Source: Ignavibacteriota bacterium
GTDB lineage: Bacteria; Bacteroidota; Ignavibacteria; UBA10030; SZUA-254
Assembly: GCA_016212665.1 (NCBI GenBank)
Contig: JACREZ010000002.1
Location: forward strand, 15,509-79,508
Direction of reading: 5' to 3'
DNA length: 64,000 nucleotides
Part shown: in pieces, positions 1 through 8,463 of the stretch
How positions within the stretch are numbered: position 1 is the stretch's first letter
How the letters are laid out: each line of letters opens with the position of its first letter
The notes under the pieces: model-generated
What the model was told of the DNA's origin: nothing
The model's input: the letters and a program-made list of their open reading frames with translations, nothing else
The model's database searches: none
Translations under genes and position numbers: made by a program

Positions 1-1080
1 GGTATCGCCCACGACCTCAATAATGTCCTCTCTCCAATCATGCTTGCCTTAGAAATACTCAGCAAAAAACTCCCTGATGAACATAGCCAGAAGATGCTGC
101 AGATGATACAAGCAAATATTAAGCGTGGTGCAGACCTCATCAAACAGGTATTGTCATTTGCCCGTGGTGTTGAAGGCAAACATACGATTGTGCAGATTCG
201 CCACCTTATTGATGAAATGGGAAAGACTATCAATGAAACATTTCCAAAATCCATACAATTCTATACCGATGTTCCGAAAAACCTTCCCACCATCACGGCA
301 GATGCAACACAAATTCATCAAGTGTTAATGAACCTTTGTGTTAACGCCCGCGATGCAATGCAAAACGGGGGAATTATAGAAATTAAAGCAGAGACCCTCC
401 ATCTGGACGAACAATATGTTCTCATGAACGTTGATGCTAAGCCGGGGAGATTTGTTGTTGTCACGGTTAGCGACCAAGGGACGGGAATCCCTCCGGCTTT
501 ATTAGAAAGAATTTTTGAACCGTTCTTTACAACAAAAGAAGTCGGCAAAGGAACAGGATTAGGTCTTTCTACCGTCCTCGCTATTGTCAAAAGCCATAAC
601 GGCTTTGTGAACGTGTACAGCGAGGTCGGGAAAGGAACAACATTTAAGGTGTATTTACCGGCAAACAATGGTGAAGTGTCAGCAGTTTCAGAAGAAAAAG
701 AATTGCTTCCGATGGGTAACGGCGAGTTAATTCTTGTCGTTGATGATGAAGCGGGAATACGTGAAGTTACGAAGGCAACATTAGAAGTACATGGTTACCG
801 GGTTATCTTAGCATCAGACGGGACGCAAGCAGTTACTGCATATGCAATACACCGGGAACAAATCGCACTTGTAATAACCGATATGTTAATGCCTTTCATG
901 GACGGACCGACAACGATTCGCGCATTACAAAACATGAATCCGAAAATTAAGATTCTGGCAGTCAGCGGACTCAAAGAGGATGGTTACAATTTTAATCACG
1001 ACTTAATTGTATTCCTGCATAAACCGTATACTTCAGAAAAATTATTGAGAACAGTCAAGGAAATGCTCACTAAAGGATGA
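1..1080 (+). CDS. Hybrid sensor histidine kinase / response regulator. The 5' end is truncated by the window edge; the visible part is a HisKA H-box, a HATPase_c domain and a REC domain
   Basis: Frame 1 reads GIAHDLNNVLSPI (H-box) from nt 1. It is followed by ATP-binding G-box motifs (DQGTGIPP, GKGTGLGLS). The C-terminal receiver domain has LVVDDE...D...K features. Confidence 0.8.
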   Translation, partial: GIAHDLNNVLSPIMLALEILSKKLPDEHSQKMLQMIQANIKRGADLIKQVLSFARGVEGKHTIVQIRHLIDEMGKTINETFPKSIQFYTDVPKNLPTITADATQIHQVLMNLCVNARDAMQNGGIIEIKAETLHLDEQYVLMNVDAKPGRFVVVTVSDQGTGIPPALLERIFEPFFTTKEVGKGTGLGLSTVLAIVKSHNGFVNVYSEVGKGTTFKVYLPANNGEVSAVSEEKELLPMGNGELILVVDDEAGIREVTKATLEVHGYRVILASDGTQAVTAYAIHREQIALVITDMLMPFMDGPTTIRALQNMNPKIKILAVSGLKEDGYNFNHDLIVFLHKPYTSEKLLRTVKEMLTKG

Positions 1081-1115
1081 TTGCTTCATTGCTGAGCGAA
1101 TTTCATTTCATCGAG

Positions 1116-1150
1116 AAAGCCGGACACGATGTTGTTCGGCTTTTCTCTTT
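1116..1150 (+). terminator. Rho-independent terminator following the histidine kinase gene
   Basis: Hairpin aagccgga...ttcggctt followed by ttctcttttc. Confidence 0.5.
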
Positions 1151-1329
1151 TCCCTTGAATGAGACGATACAGAATTGACAGGTCAATTGATTATCATCAG
1201 TTTTTTTGTTACACTACACCGAAACAACAATGGCAAAACCGCGAGATTGATACATTCTCATTTGCCAAAAAAAGTATCATTAACTATCAATTATTTATTG
1301 TTCTTATTTCAAGAAAAGGAAACACTTCC

Positions 1330-2280
1330 ATGAATAACAAAAAAATCATCGCAATCGTCGGTTCAACCGGCTCTCAGGGCAACGGCATTGCACGCGCTAT
1401 ACTGAACGATGCAAACAGCGAGTTCGCTGTCCGCGCTCTTACGCGCGATATCAACTCAGAGAAAGCAAAAGAATTAGCAAAACTCGGTGCCGAAGTTGTC
1501 GCGGCTGACGTTGACGACGTTGAAAGTTTGAAGAAAGCATTTACCGGCGCGTATGGCGCTTACTGCGTTACATTTTTCTGGGCGCATTTTTCACCGGAGA
1601 AAGAGATTGCACACGCCAACGCAATGGCTGAAGCCGCGAAAGATGCCGGTCTTCAGCATGTCATTTGGTCCACTCTTGAAGACACACGCAATTGGGTTCC
1701 CCTCACCGATAACCGAATGCCAACGTTAATGGGAAAATATAAAGTACCGCATTTCGATGCTAAGGGGGAAGCTAATCAGGCATTCACATCGCGAGGTGTT
1801 CCGACAACATTTCTGCTGACCTCCTTCTACTGGGACAATTTGATTTTCTTCGGTATGGGACCGAAGAAAGGACCCGACGGTAATTTGTATTTTACTCTTC
1901 CTATGGGTGATAAGAAACTTCCCTCCATCGCCGCTGAAGATATCGGGAAGTGTGCATACGGAATATTAAAAAAAGGGAACGAGTTCATCGGAAAAACTAT
2001 CGGCATTGCCGGAGAACATCCCACAGGTGAACAAATGGCGAAGGCTCTCTCCAACGCGTTCAATCAGAATGTAAAATACAACAGTGTGAGCCCTGAGCAA
2101 TACCGCAGTTTCGGTTTTCCTGGAGCAGAAGATCTTGGGAACATGTTCCAGTTCAAAAGCGACTTCGAAGAATACTTTTGTGGCGTTAGAAACTTAGATG
2201 GTAGCCGTGCGCTTAATCCATCGCTTCAGAATTTTGAAACATGGCTTTCAAAAAATAAACATTTAATAAAGCTTGATTAA
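1330..2280 (+). CDS. NmrA-family NAD(P)-binding protein (atypical SDR)
   Basis: Start MNNKKIIAIVGSTGSQGNG fits a Rossmann GxxGxxG motif. The ATG at 1330 lies in-frame inside the longer ORF 1159..2280. The overall length and composition match NmrA/HSCARG-like proteins. Confidence 0.7.
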   Translation: MNNKKIIAIVGSTGSQGNGIARAILNDANSEFAVRALTRDINSEKAKELAKLGAEVVAADVDDVESLKKAFTGAYGAYCVTFFWAHFSPEKEIAHANAMAEAAKDAGLQHVIWSTLEDTRNWVPLTDNRMPTLMGKYKVPHFDAKGEANQAFTSRGVPTTFLLTSFYWDNLIFFGMGPKKGPDGNLYFTLPMGDKKLPSIAAEDIGKCAYGILKKGNEFIGKTIGIAGEHPTGEQMAKALSNAFNQNVKYNSVSPEQYRSFGFPGAEDLGNMFQFKSDFEEYFCGVRNLDGSRALNPSLQNFETWLSKNKHLIKLD

Positions 2281-2598
2281 GTAACTGATGTTACTTCAAT
2301 AGAATCTGGAATCCATTTGTTTTAGGGACTGTCTCAAAAATTAGATTTCACTGTAGACGCAATCTTTGCCTAGGGCATCACTTTGGGACATGGTTGCGTT
2401 TCCACATCAAAAACGCAGACATAAAGTCTGCGGCTACTCTTTATTTAGACTTTTGAGACAGCCCCTAGAGGAATGGCCTCGTACAAACGATGAAAGCATA
2501 GATTAATAAAATGTTGTTCTATGAACCCTTGCAACTGCATACCAACAGAAACATTGGAACCATTATAAAAAACAGAATCATATCTTAGGAAGAATATC

Positions 2599-3021
2599 AT
2601 GGGCACAATAAAAACCAAAGCAACCAAAATAGACATTGATACTTTTCTTCTAAGTATCGAACCGGAGAAAAAAAGAGCCGACAGTATTGCGCTGAAAAAA
2701 GTTTTCGACGGCGCAACGAATGAAAAACCTGCTCTCTGGAATAACAATATGATTGGGTACGGGTCGTTTCATTATAAGTCCGAGAGAAGCGCTCAGGAAG
2801 GTGATTGGCCCCTTACAGGATTCTCTCCAAGAAAGCAGAACATAACAATTTACATCATGCCGGGAGTAAAAAACTATGGGGAGTTACTGGATAAACTCGG
2901 CAAGTTTACAATCAGTTCGGGTTCATGTTTGTATATCAAGAACATCGAAGATGTTGACCTGAAAGTATTGAAGAAATTAATATCAACTTCCGTTAAGGAT
3001 ATGAAAAAGAAGTACGGGTAA
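2599..3021 (+). CDS. DUF1801 / YdhG-like domain protein
   Basis: 140 aa. The pattern KPALWNNNMIGYGSFHYKSERSAQEGDWPLTGFSPRKQNITIY is typical of the YdhG/DUF1801 family. Confidence 0.6.
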   Translation: MGTIKTKATKIDIDTFLLSIEPEKKRADSIALKKVFDGATNEKPALWNNNMIGYGSFHYKSERSAQEGDWPLTGFSPRKQNITIYIMPGVKNYGELLDKLGKFTISSGSCLYIKNIEDVDLKVLKKLISTSVKDMKKKYG

Positions 3022-3028
3022 TTACATG

Positions 3029-3062
3029 AGCCGAATGAATTTCTTTCCGGCTTCTTCTTTTT
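3029..3062 (+). terminator. Rho-independent terminator
   Basis: Hairpin agccgaa...ttccggct followed by a T-rich tract tcttcttttt. Confidence 0.5.
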
Positions 3063-3224
3063 GATAATCACACGGATTTTCCGTTAATTCCTTCCGCAAA
3101 TTGAAAGTGCGACTCACTTTCCGTTTAGATTGTTCAAATCTGAAATACGTTCTTCCTCTTCGAGAGAAGTGAGTCGCACATACAACCAAAAACCAACTAA
3201 CTGTTAAACGACAACGAAATAAAC

Positions 3225-5996
3225 TTGTCAACTCCATTAATGAGACAATACGCGCAGGTGAAGGCGAAGTATCCCGACACGATACTTCTCTTCCGCATGG
3301 GCGATTTTTATGAAACGTTCGAAGAAGACGCAAAAGTTACTTCCAAAGTTCTCGGCATCGTCCTGACGCGGCGGGGAAACGGAACATCGGGAGAAACGCC
3401 GCTTGCGGGATTTCCTCATCACGCGCTTGAATCGTACCTGCCAAAGTTGTTGAAAGCCGGTCACCGCGTCGCCATCTGCGAACAACTCGAAGACCCGAAG
3501 TTTGCCAAAGGAATTGTCAAGCGTGATGTAATTGAAGTGGTAACGCCCGGCGTTTCTTTTTCAGACAAAGTTCTTGAGCAAAAGCAAAACAATTATCTTA
3601 TGGCGCTCGCTCTCCCCTCTCCTCTCGCCACGGGAAACGACATCATCGGTGTTGCGTTCGTGGATGTTTCGACTGCGGAGTTTCGGGTGAGTGAAATTCC
3701 TCTCAGGCAATTGCAGGAACAAATCGCATCGCTCTCCCCTTCTGAAATTATTGCACAAAAGCGGGACATTGAAACGCTTCAGCAACTTCTCAAACAGAAA
3801 TACACAGGAATTTATTCGAAGTTGGACGATTGGATTTTCAACTACGATTACGCCTACGAATTACTCATCAATCATTTCAAAACACAAACGCTGAAGGGGT
3901 TCGGGGTTGAAGGATTGCGAAGTGGAATTATCGCGGCGGGAGCTGTGATGAATTATTTGCAGGAAACACAGAAGACGAATCTCTCGCACTTGCGAAGAAT
4001 TTCGCCGTACAACATCAGCGAGTACATGATACTTGACCCATCAACCAAGCGAAACTTAGAGATGACTAAATCGGTTGACGGAAAAGATGACGGCACGCTC
4101 TTCTGGGTTCTCGACCGGACACAAACGCCAATGGGCGGGCGCATGTTGAAAGAATGGCTCAACCATCCGCTCAGAACACTTGAACCAATTCAAGCGCGGC
4201 TTGAAGCAGTGAAAGAATTGTTTGAAAAGAGAGACATGCGGAGAAATGTCATCGAATCGCTTTCACACATAGGTGATTTGGAGCGGCTCATTTCCAAAAT
4301 CTGCACCGGACGCGCCAATCCCCGTGAAGTGGTTTCATTGAAGAATTTCCTCTCCCATATTTCAAAGCTCAAACTCATTCTGAACAGTAATCAGTATTCA
4401 GTAGTCAGTAATCAGAAATTTCACCCGCCGCAGGCGGGCAAGGAAATCGGCAATCAACAATCCGATATCCAAAATCCGAAATCCGAAATCGTTAGCTCGA
4501 CACTCCAACGACTCCACGACTCCATCTCTCCATTAAACGAGGTTGTTGATTTGATAGAAAAAGGACTCCAATCGGATCCTCCGTTGGCGTTGAACGACGG
4601 TGGCGTTATCAAACAAGGATACAACGGTGTGTTGGATGAACTCCGGGACATCACGCTCAACGGGAAACAGTGGATTGCAAATTTACAAGCGAAGGAACGG
4701 GAACGAACCGGAATTTCTTCGCTGAAGATTGGCTTCAATAACGTGTTTGGTTATTACATCGAAGTAACTCACACGCACAAAGAGAAAATCCCGAACGATT
4801 ACATCCGCAAGCAGACAATGACCAATGCTGAACGGTTCATCACGCCGGAATTGAAAGAGTACGAGGAGAAGATTCTTCATGCGGAAGAAAAGATTCTCGC
4901 ACTTGAAACTCAACTCTTCAACGAACTGCGGCTTACAATTGCAGAACATGCGGATGCAATTCAACACAATGCGCGACTCATCGCTATGCTCGATTGCTTT
5001 GCATCGCTTGCTGATGTTGCATACGAGTACAAGTATGTTTGTCCCGATGTGAATGATTCGACCAGCATAACAATTGTTGAAGGACGGCATCCGGTTATCG
5101 AGCAACTTCTCCCTCCCGGCGAACAATACACACCAAACGACGTTCTGCTTGATACGGTTGAGAATCAAATTCTTATCATCACGGGACCGAACATGAGCGG
5201 AAAGTCTTCGTATCTCCGGCAGGCGGCTCTCATTTCGTTGCTTGCTCAGATTGGAAGTTTCGTTCCGGCAAAGGAAGCACATCTTGGAATTGTTGATAGA
5301 ATTTTCACTCGTGTTGGCGCAAGCGATAATATTGCTTCGGGTGAAAGTACGTTTCTTGTCGAGATGCACGAAGCGGCGAACATTGTCAACTCGGCAACCG
5401 AAAAAAGTTTGATTTTACTTGATGAAGTCGGGCGCGGCACCAGCACGTTCGATGGTATCAGTATCGCGTGGTCACTGACGGAATATCTTCACAATCGCAT
5501 TGGCGCAAAAACGCTCTTTGCAACACACTACCACGAACTGAACGAACTTGCCGACCTTCATCCCCGAATCAAAAACTACAAAGTTGATGTGCGTGAATAC
5601 GGTGACAAAGTTATTTTCCTTCACAAAGTCAAACCCGGTTTCGCTGACCATTCGTATGGAATTCAGGTTGCACAAATGGCGGGATTGCCGGAGGAAGTTA
5701 CGGAGCGCGCTAAGAGCATTTTGAAAAATTTAGAGGGTTCAGAGTTGACTGTACATGGCGGTGAGCGTGGAGCGGTGAGCGGTGATAATGAACGACAGCA
5801 ACTCACCACTAACAACTCACCACTCACTAACAACAGGCAGAGAAGCAAAGGGCGCGTGGGTGCTGGGGAAGTTCAACTGACATTATTTGAGATGCGGGAT
5901 GATAAACTGCGCGAGGAACTGAAGAAAATTGATTTGGATACGATGACACCGATGGAAGCGATGCAAAAGTTGGCGGAATTGAAGAAGAGAGTGTGA
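3225..5996 (+). CDS. mutS: DNA mismatch repair protein MutS, carrying two in-frame low-complexity insertions
   Basis: N-terminus [31 protein letters not shown]. Walker [10 protein letters not shown]. MutS signature [14 protein letters not shown] and the [12 protein letters not shown] motif. A TTG start at 3225 gives the conserved TP-M-QQY context; the first ATG is at 3240. Confidence 0.95.
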   Translation: MSTPLMRQYAQVKAKYPDTILLFRMGDFYETFEEDAKVTSKVLGIVLTRRGNGTSGETPLAGFPHHALESYLPKLLKAGHRVAICEQLEDPKFAKGIVKRDVIEVVTPGVSFSDKVLEQKQNNYLMALALPSPLATGNDIIGVAFVDVSTAEFRVSEIPLRQLQEQIASLSPSEIIAQKRDIETLQQLLKQKYTGIYSKLDDWIFNYDYAYELLINHFKTQTLKGFGVEGLRSGIIAAGAVMNYLQETQKTNLSHLRRISPYNISEYMILDPSTKRNLEMTKSVDGKDDGTLFWVLDRTQTPMGGRMLKEWLNHPLRTLEPIQARLEAVKELFEKRDMRRNVIESLSHIGDLERLISKICTGRANPREVVSLKNFLSHISKLKLILNSNQYSVVSNQKFHPPQAGKEIGNQQSDIQNPKSEIVSSTLQRLHDSISPLNEVVDLIEKGLQSDPPLALNDGGVIKQGYNGVLDELRDITLNGKQWIANLQAKERERTGISSLKIGFNNVFGYYIEVTHTHKEKIPNDYIRKQTMTNAERFITPELKEYEEKILHAEEKILALETQLFNELRLTIAEHADAIQHNARLIAMLDCFASLADVAYEYKYVCPDVNDSTSITIVEGRHPVIEQLLPPGEQYTPNDVLLDTVENQILIITGPNMSGKSSYLRQAALISLLAQIGSFVPAKEAHLGIVDRIFTRVGASDNIASGESTFLVEMHEAANIVNSATEKSLILLDEVGRGTSTFDGISIAWSLTEYLHNRIGAKTLFATHYHELNELADLHPRIKNYKVDVREYGDKVIFLHKVKPGFADHSYGIQVAQMAGLPEEVTERAKSILKNLEGSELTVHGGERGAVSGDNERQQLTTNNSPLTNNRQRSKGRVGAGEVQLTLFEMRDDKLREELKKIDLDTMTPMEAMQKLAELKKRV

Positions 5997-5997
5997 T

Positions 5998-6420
5998 ATG
6001 AACTACGATATTGAAACCACTGAGACACAGAGTCTCGGAGAAAAATCTTTTTACTACAACGACATAACTGAAAAAATTATTTCGTCAGCAATCGAAGTTC
6101 ATAGAACATTGGGTCCCGGTTTGTTGGAAAGCGCGTATGAGGAATGTCTTTGCCGTGAATTACAAATTCGAAACGTATCATTTGTAAGACAACAGCCATT
6201 GCCTGTTGTTTACAAGGGAGTTACGCTTGACTGTGGTTACAGAATGGACATAGTCGTTGATAACAAAGTAGTTATTGAACTCAAATGTGTTGATGCAATC
6301 GCTCCGGTTCACAAAGCACAACTCCTGACGTATTTGAAACTGTCAGGAATCAAAGTAGGTTTAATACTAAACTTCTATGTTCCTGTTCTAAAAGATGGAA
6401 TATGTCGGATGGTTTTATGA
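5998..6420 (+). CDS. GxxExxY protein (PD-(D/E)XK-like)
   Basis: 140 aa carrying the [17 protein letters not shown] motif characteristic of the GxxExxY family. The ATG lies 1 nt after the mutS stop. Confidence 0.75.
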   Translation: MNYDIETTETQSLGEKSFYYNDITEKIISSAIEVHRTLGPGLLESAYEECLCRELQIRNVSFVRQQPLPVVYKGVTLDCGYRMDIVVDNKVVIELKCVDAIAPVHKAQLLTYLKLSGIKVGLILNFYVPVLKDGICRMVL

Positions 6421-6538
6421 ATTGTTCAGTTCTCTATTTTAGATAATAAATTAACCACAGAGACACCGAGTCACAGTAATTTAACTATCTCAGTGTCTCC
6501 CGTGCCTCTGTGGTTCACTATCAAAAAACTTAACAAAT

Positions 6539-7783
6539 ATGAATAGACGAAATTTTATCAAATCATCTTCCTTAGCCGCAACACTCCCACTTGTAGCTTC
6601 AACTGCTTTTGCACAACAACAATCAGCAGTTAGCAATCAGAAATCGGAAATCTTCAAATGGAGAATCAAGCCAATCACCAAAGAGGAACGCCTCGCACGG
6701 ATTGAAAATGCAAAGCGGCTGATGCACAGTCACAACATTGATGCGCTCCTGTTTGAAGGTGGAGTTACGCTGAATTATTTTACCGGAGTAAGTTGGGGAC
6801 GAAGCGAACGGTTGTTTGCTATGGTTTTGCCAAAAAACGGTGAGCCTGCATTCATCGCTCCGAAGTTTGAAGAATCGAGAGCGCAGGAACAAGTCGGAGA
6901 TTCTCGATTGCTCACGTGGGAAGAACATGAAAGCCCGTATGAATTAATCAAGCAAATTTTGCGGGACAATAATTCACTTCTCGGTAAAGTCGGGATTGAA
7001 GAGACAGTACGATATTTTGTCACCGAGAATTTATCAAAGGAAGCCAGTACGATTTCGCTGGTGAACGGAACTCAGGTTACAGCCGGTTGTCGCTCTGTTA
7101 AATCGGAACATGAAATTGAATTAATGCAAGTTGCTAATGACATCACGGCGGAAGTGTTTAAATCTTCCGTGCCTCAGTTGAAAGAAGGAATGACAGAACG
7201 GGAATTCGGTTCAATAATTTCTAAAAGTTTTTCTGAGTACGGTGTTGGCGGCGGAGCATTAGTACTGTTCGGTGAAAACTCTGCGCATCCGCATGGACTT
7301 ATCAAACAAAATAAACTGAAAGAGAACGATATAGTTCTTATTGATGGCGGTTGCTCGGTTGAAGGATATGCTTCGGATGTTACAAGAACAATCGTGTTCG
7401 GAAAACCGACAGACAAAATGAAACAGGTATTTGATATTGTTCGCACCGCTCAAACGTCAGCGCTCATTGCAGCAAAGCCCGGTGTTACCGGTGAAGTTCT
7501 GGATGCATCTGCACGCAAGGAGATTGTCAACGCAGGCTACGGACCCGACTACAAATATTTCACACATCGTCTCGGACATGGTATTGGTATGGAAGGACAC
7601 GAGTGGTATTATTTAGTTCGTGGCAACAAACATCCGGAAGAACCGGGGAACACGCATAGCAACGAGCCGGGAATTTATATCGTTGGCGAGTTCGGTGTAC
7701 GGTTGGAAGATACACTGCTCATTACCGATGACGGAGCGAAGTTGCTTCTTCCACAAGCGAAGAGTCTTCAGGAAATGTTTTAA
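6539..7783 (+). CDS. M24-family metallopeptidase (Xaa-Pro aminopeptidase / creatinase-like) with a Tat signal peptide
   Basis: Twin-arginine leader MNRRNFIKSSSLAATLPLVASTAFA. The C-terminus has the pita-bread-fold metal ligands (DGGCSVEGYASDVTRT, HRLGHGIGMEGHE, NEPGIY...RLEDT). Confidence 0.8.
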   Translation: MNRRNFIKSSSLAATLPLVASTAFAQQQSAVSNQKSEIFKWRIKPITKEERLARIENAKRLMHSHNIDALLFEGGVTLNYFTGVSWGRSERLFAMVLPKNGEPAFIAPKFEESRAQEQVGDSRLLTWEEHESPYELIKQILRDNNSLLGKVGIEETVRYFVTENLSKEASTISLVNGTQVTAGCRSVKSEHEIELMQVANDITAEVFKSSVPQLKEGMTEREFGSIISKSFSEYGVGGGALVLFGENSAHPHGLIKQNKLKENDIVLIDGGCSVEGYASDVTRTIVFGKPTDKMKQVFDIVRTAQTSALIAAKPGVTGEVLDASARKEIVNAGYGPDYKYFTHRLGHGIGMEGHEWYYLVRGNKHPEEPGNTHSNEPGIYIVGEFGVRLEDTLLITDDGAKLLLPQAKSLQEMF

Positions 7784-7795
7784 TTATCTACAAAA

Positions 7796-7872
7796 CTGAT
7801 ATGCGATGTGCGATGTGAGATGTGAGATATGATTTTTTAATACACATCGCATTGCACACATCTCACATCAGT
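7796..7872. repeat. Imperfect palindrome built from GATGTG / CACATC short tandem repeats
   Basis: The 5' arm is gatgtgcgatgtgagatgtgagat, then ttttttaa, then acacatcgcattgcacacatctcacatc as a largely complementary 3' arm. Confidence 0.6.
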
Positions 7873-7905
7873 TGCTAATAACAATAATAATGAAGGATTA
7901 CAACT

Positions 7906-8400
7906 ATGGTACTACAAGACATCAAACAACTGTTCGCGTACAACACGTGGGCAAATAATAAAATTTTTGAGGCAGTTACACTTATTCCGGCAGAACAATA
8001 TTTGCAGGATATGAAAAGCGGTCATGGCGGAATACATGGAACGCTGACACATATTGTTGCAGGACAAAAAATGTGGCTCTCGCGTTGGGTTGGAAAACCG
8101 GACTCGAAACTTCTGCACGGAGAAGATATTGCTTCACTTGCAGAGTTACAAACATTGTGGCACACTGTTGATGCTCACTTGAATGCACTGTTAGAAAAAA
8201 TGACCGATTCGCATTTACATGAAACTCAAACGGTAACTTCTATCAAAGGAGAAGTATTTACGCATACGTTTGGACAGATGATGCAACATCTTGTGAATCA
8301 TTCAAGTTTTCATCGCGGGCAAGTGGCAACAATGATTCGTCAACTCGGAATCAAACCACCGGCGACTGATTTGATTGCTTACTACCGCTTGAAAATTTGA
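7906..8400 (+). CDS. DinB/YfiT-family protein (DinB_2, four-helix-bundle metal-binding)
   Basis: The pattern NTWANNKIFEAV...HGTLTHIVAGQKMWLSRW...HLVNHSSFHRGQ is typical of the DinB_2 family with His ligands. Confidence 0.7.
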   Translation: MVLQDIKQLFAYNTWANNKIFEAVTLIPAEQYLQDMKSGHGGIHGTLTHIVAGQKMWLSRWVGKPDSKLLHGEDIASLAELQTLWHTVDAHLNALLEKMTDSHLHETQTVTSIKGEVFTHTFGQMMQHLVNHSSFHRGQVATMIRQLGIKPPATDLIAYYRLKI

Positions 8401-8463
8401 TTTTGATGGTAAGATATTCTACTTTCATACAAACATTATTTCCCAAACTTGAACTCTACACTT

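Noticed and set aside
125-668. Small overlapping ORFs (+67 aa, -116 aa) inside the histidine kinase gene
   Set aside because: Embedded in the HATPase-domain coding sequence, which has clear conserved motifs in frame 1.
2322-2468. Possibility that the inverted-repeat element is a 6S RNA or a CRISPR-associated repeat (its sequence starts gttttag...)
   Set aside because: The arms do not extend into a long interrupted helix with a central bubble as in 6S RNA. No repeat-spacer array or cas genes exist anywhere in the window.
2445-2747. Minus-strand 100-aa ORF spanning the inverted-repeat element and overlapping the DUF1801 gene start
   Set aside because: Overlaps a well-supported + strand gene, has low-complexity hydrophobic content and no recognisable motif. 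Probably spurious.
4683-5369. 228-aa antisense ORF inside mutS
   Set aside because: Lies entirely within the strongly supported mutS coding region on the opposite strand. No motifs.
8449-8463. TTG start at 8449 for the large T9SS cargo protein
   Set aside because: The ATG at 8464 gives a cleaner signal peptide (MKRFFLLATSLSCFLATLVLLF). The upstream extension is unnecessary.
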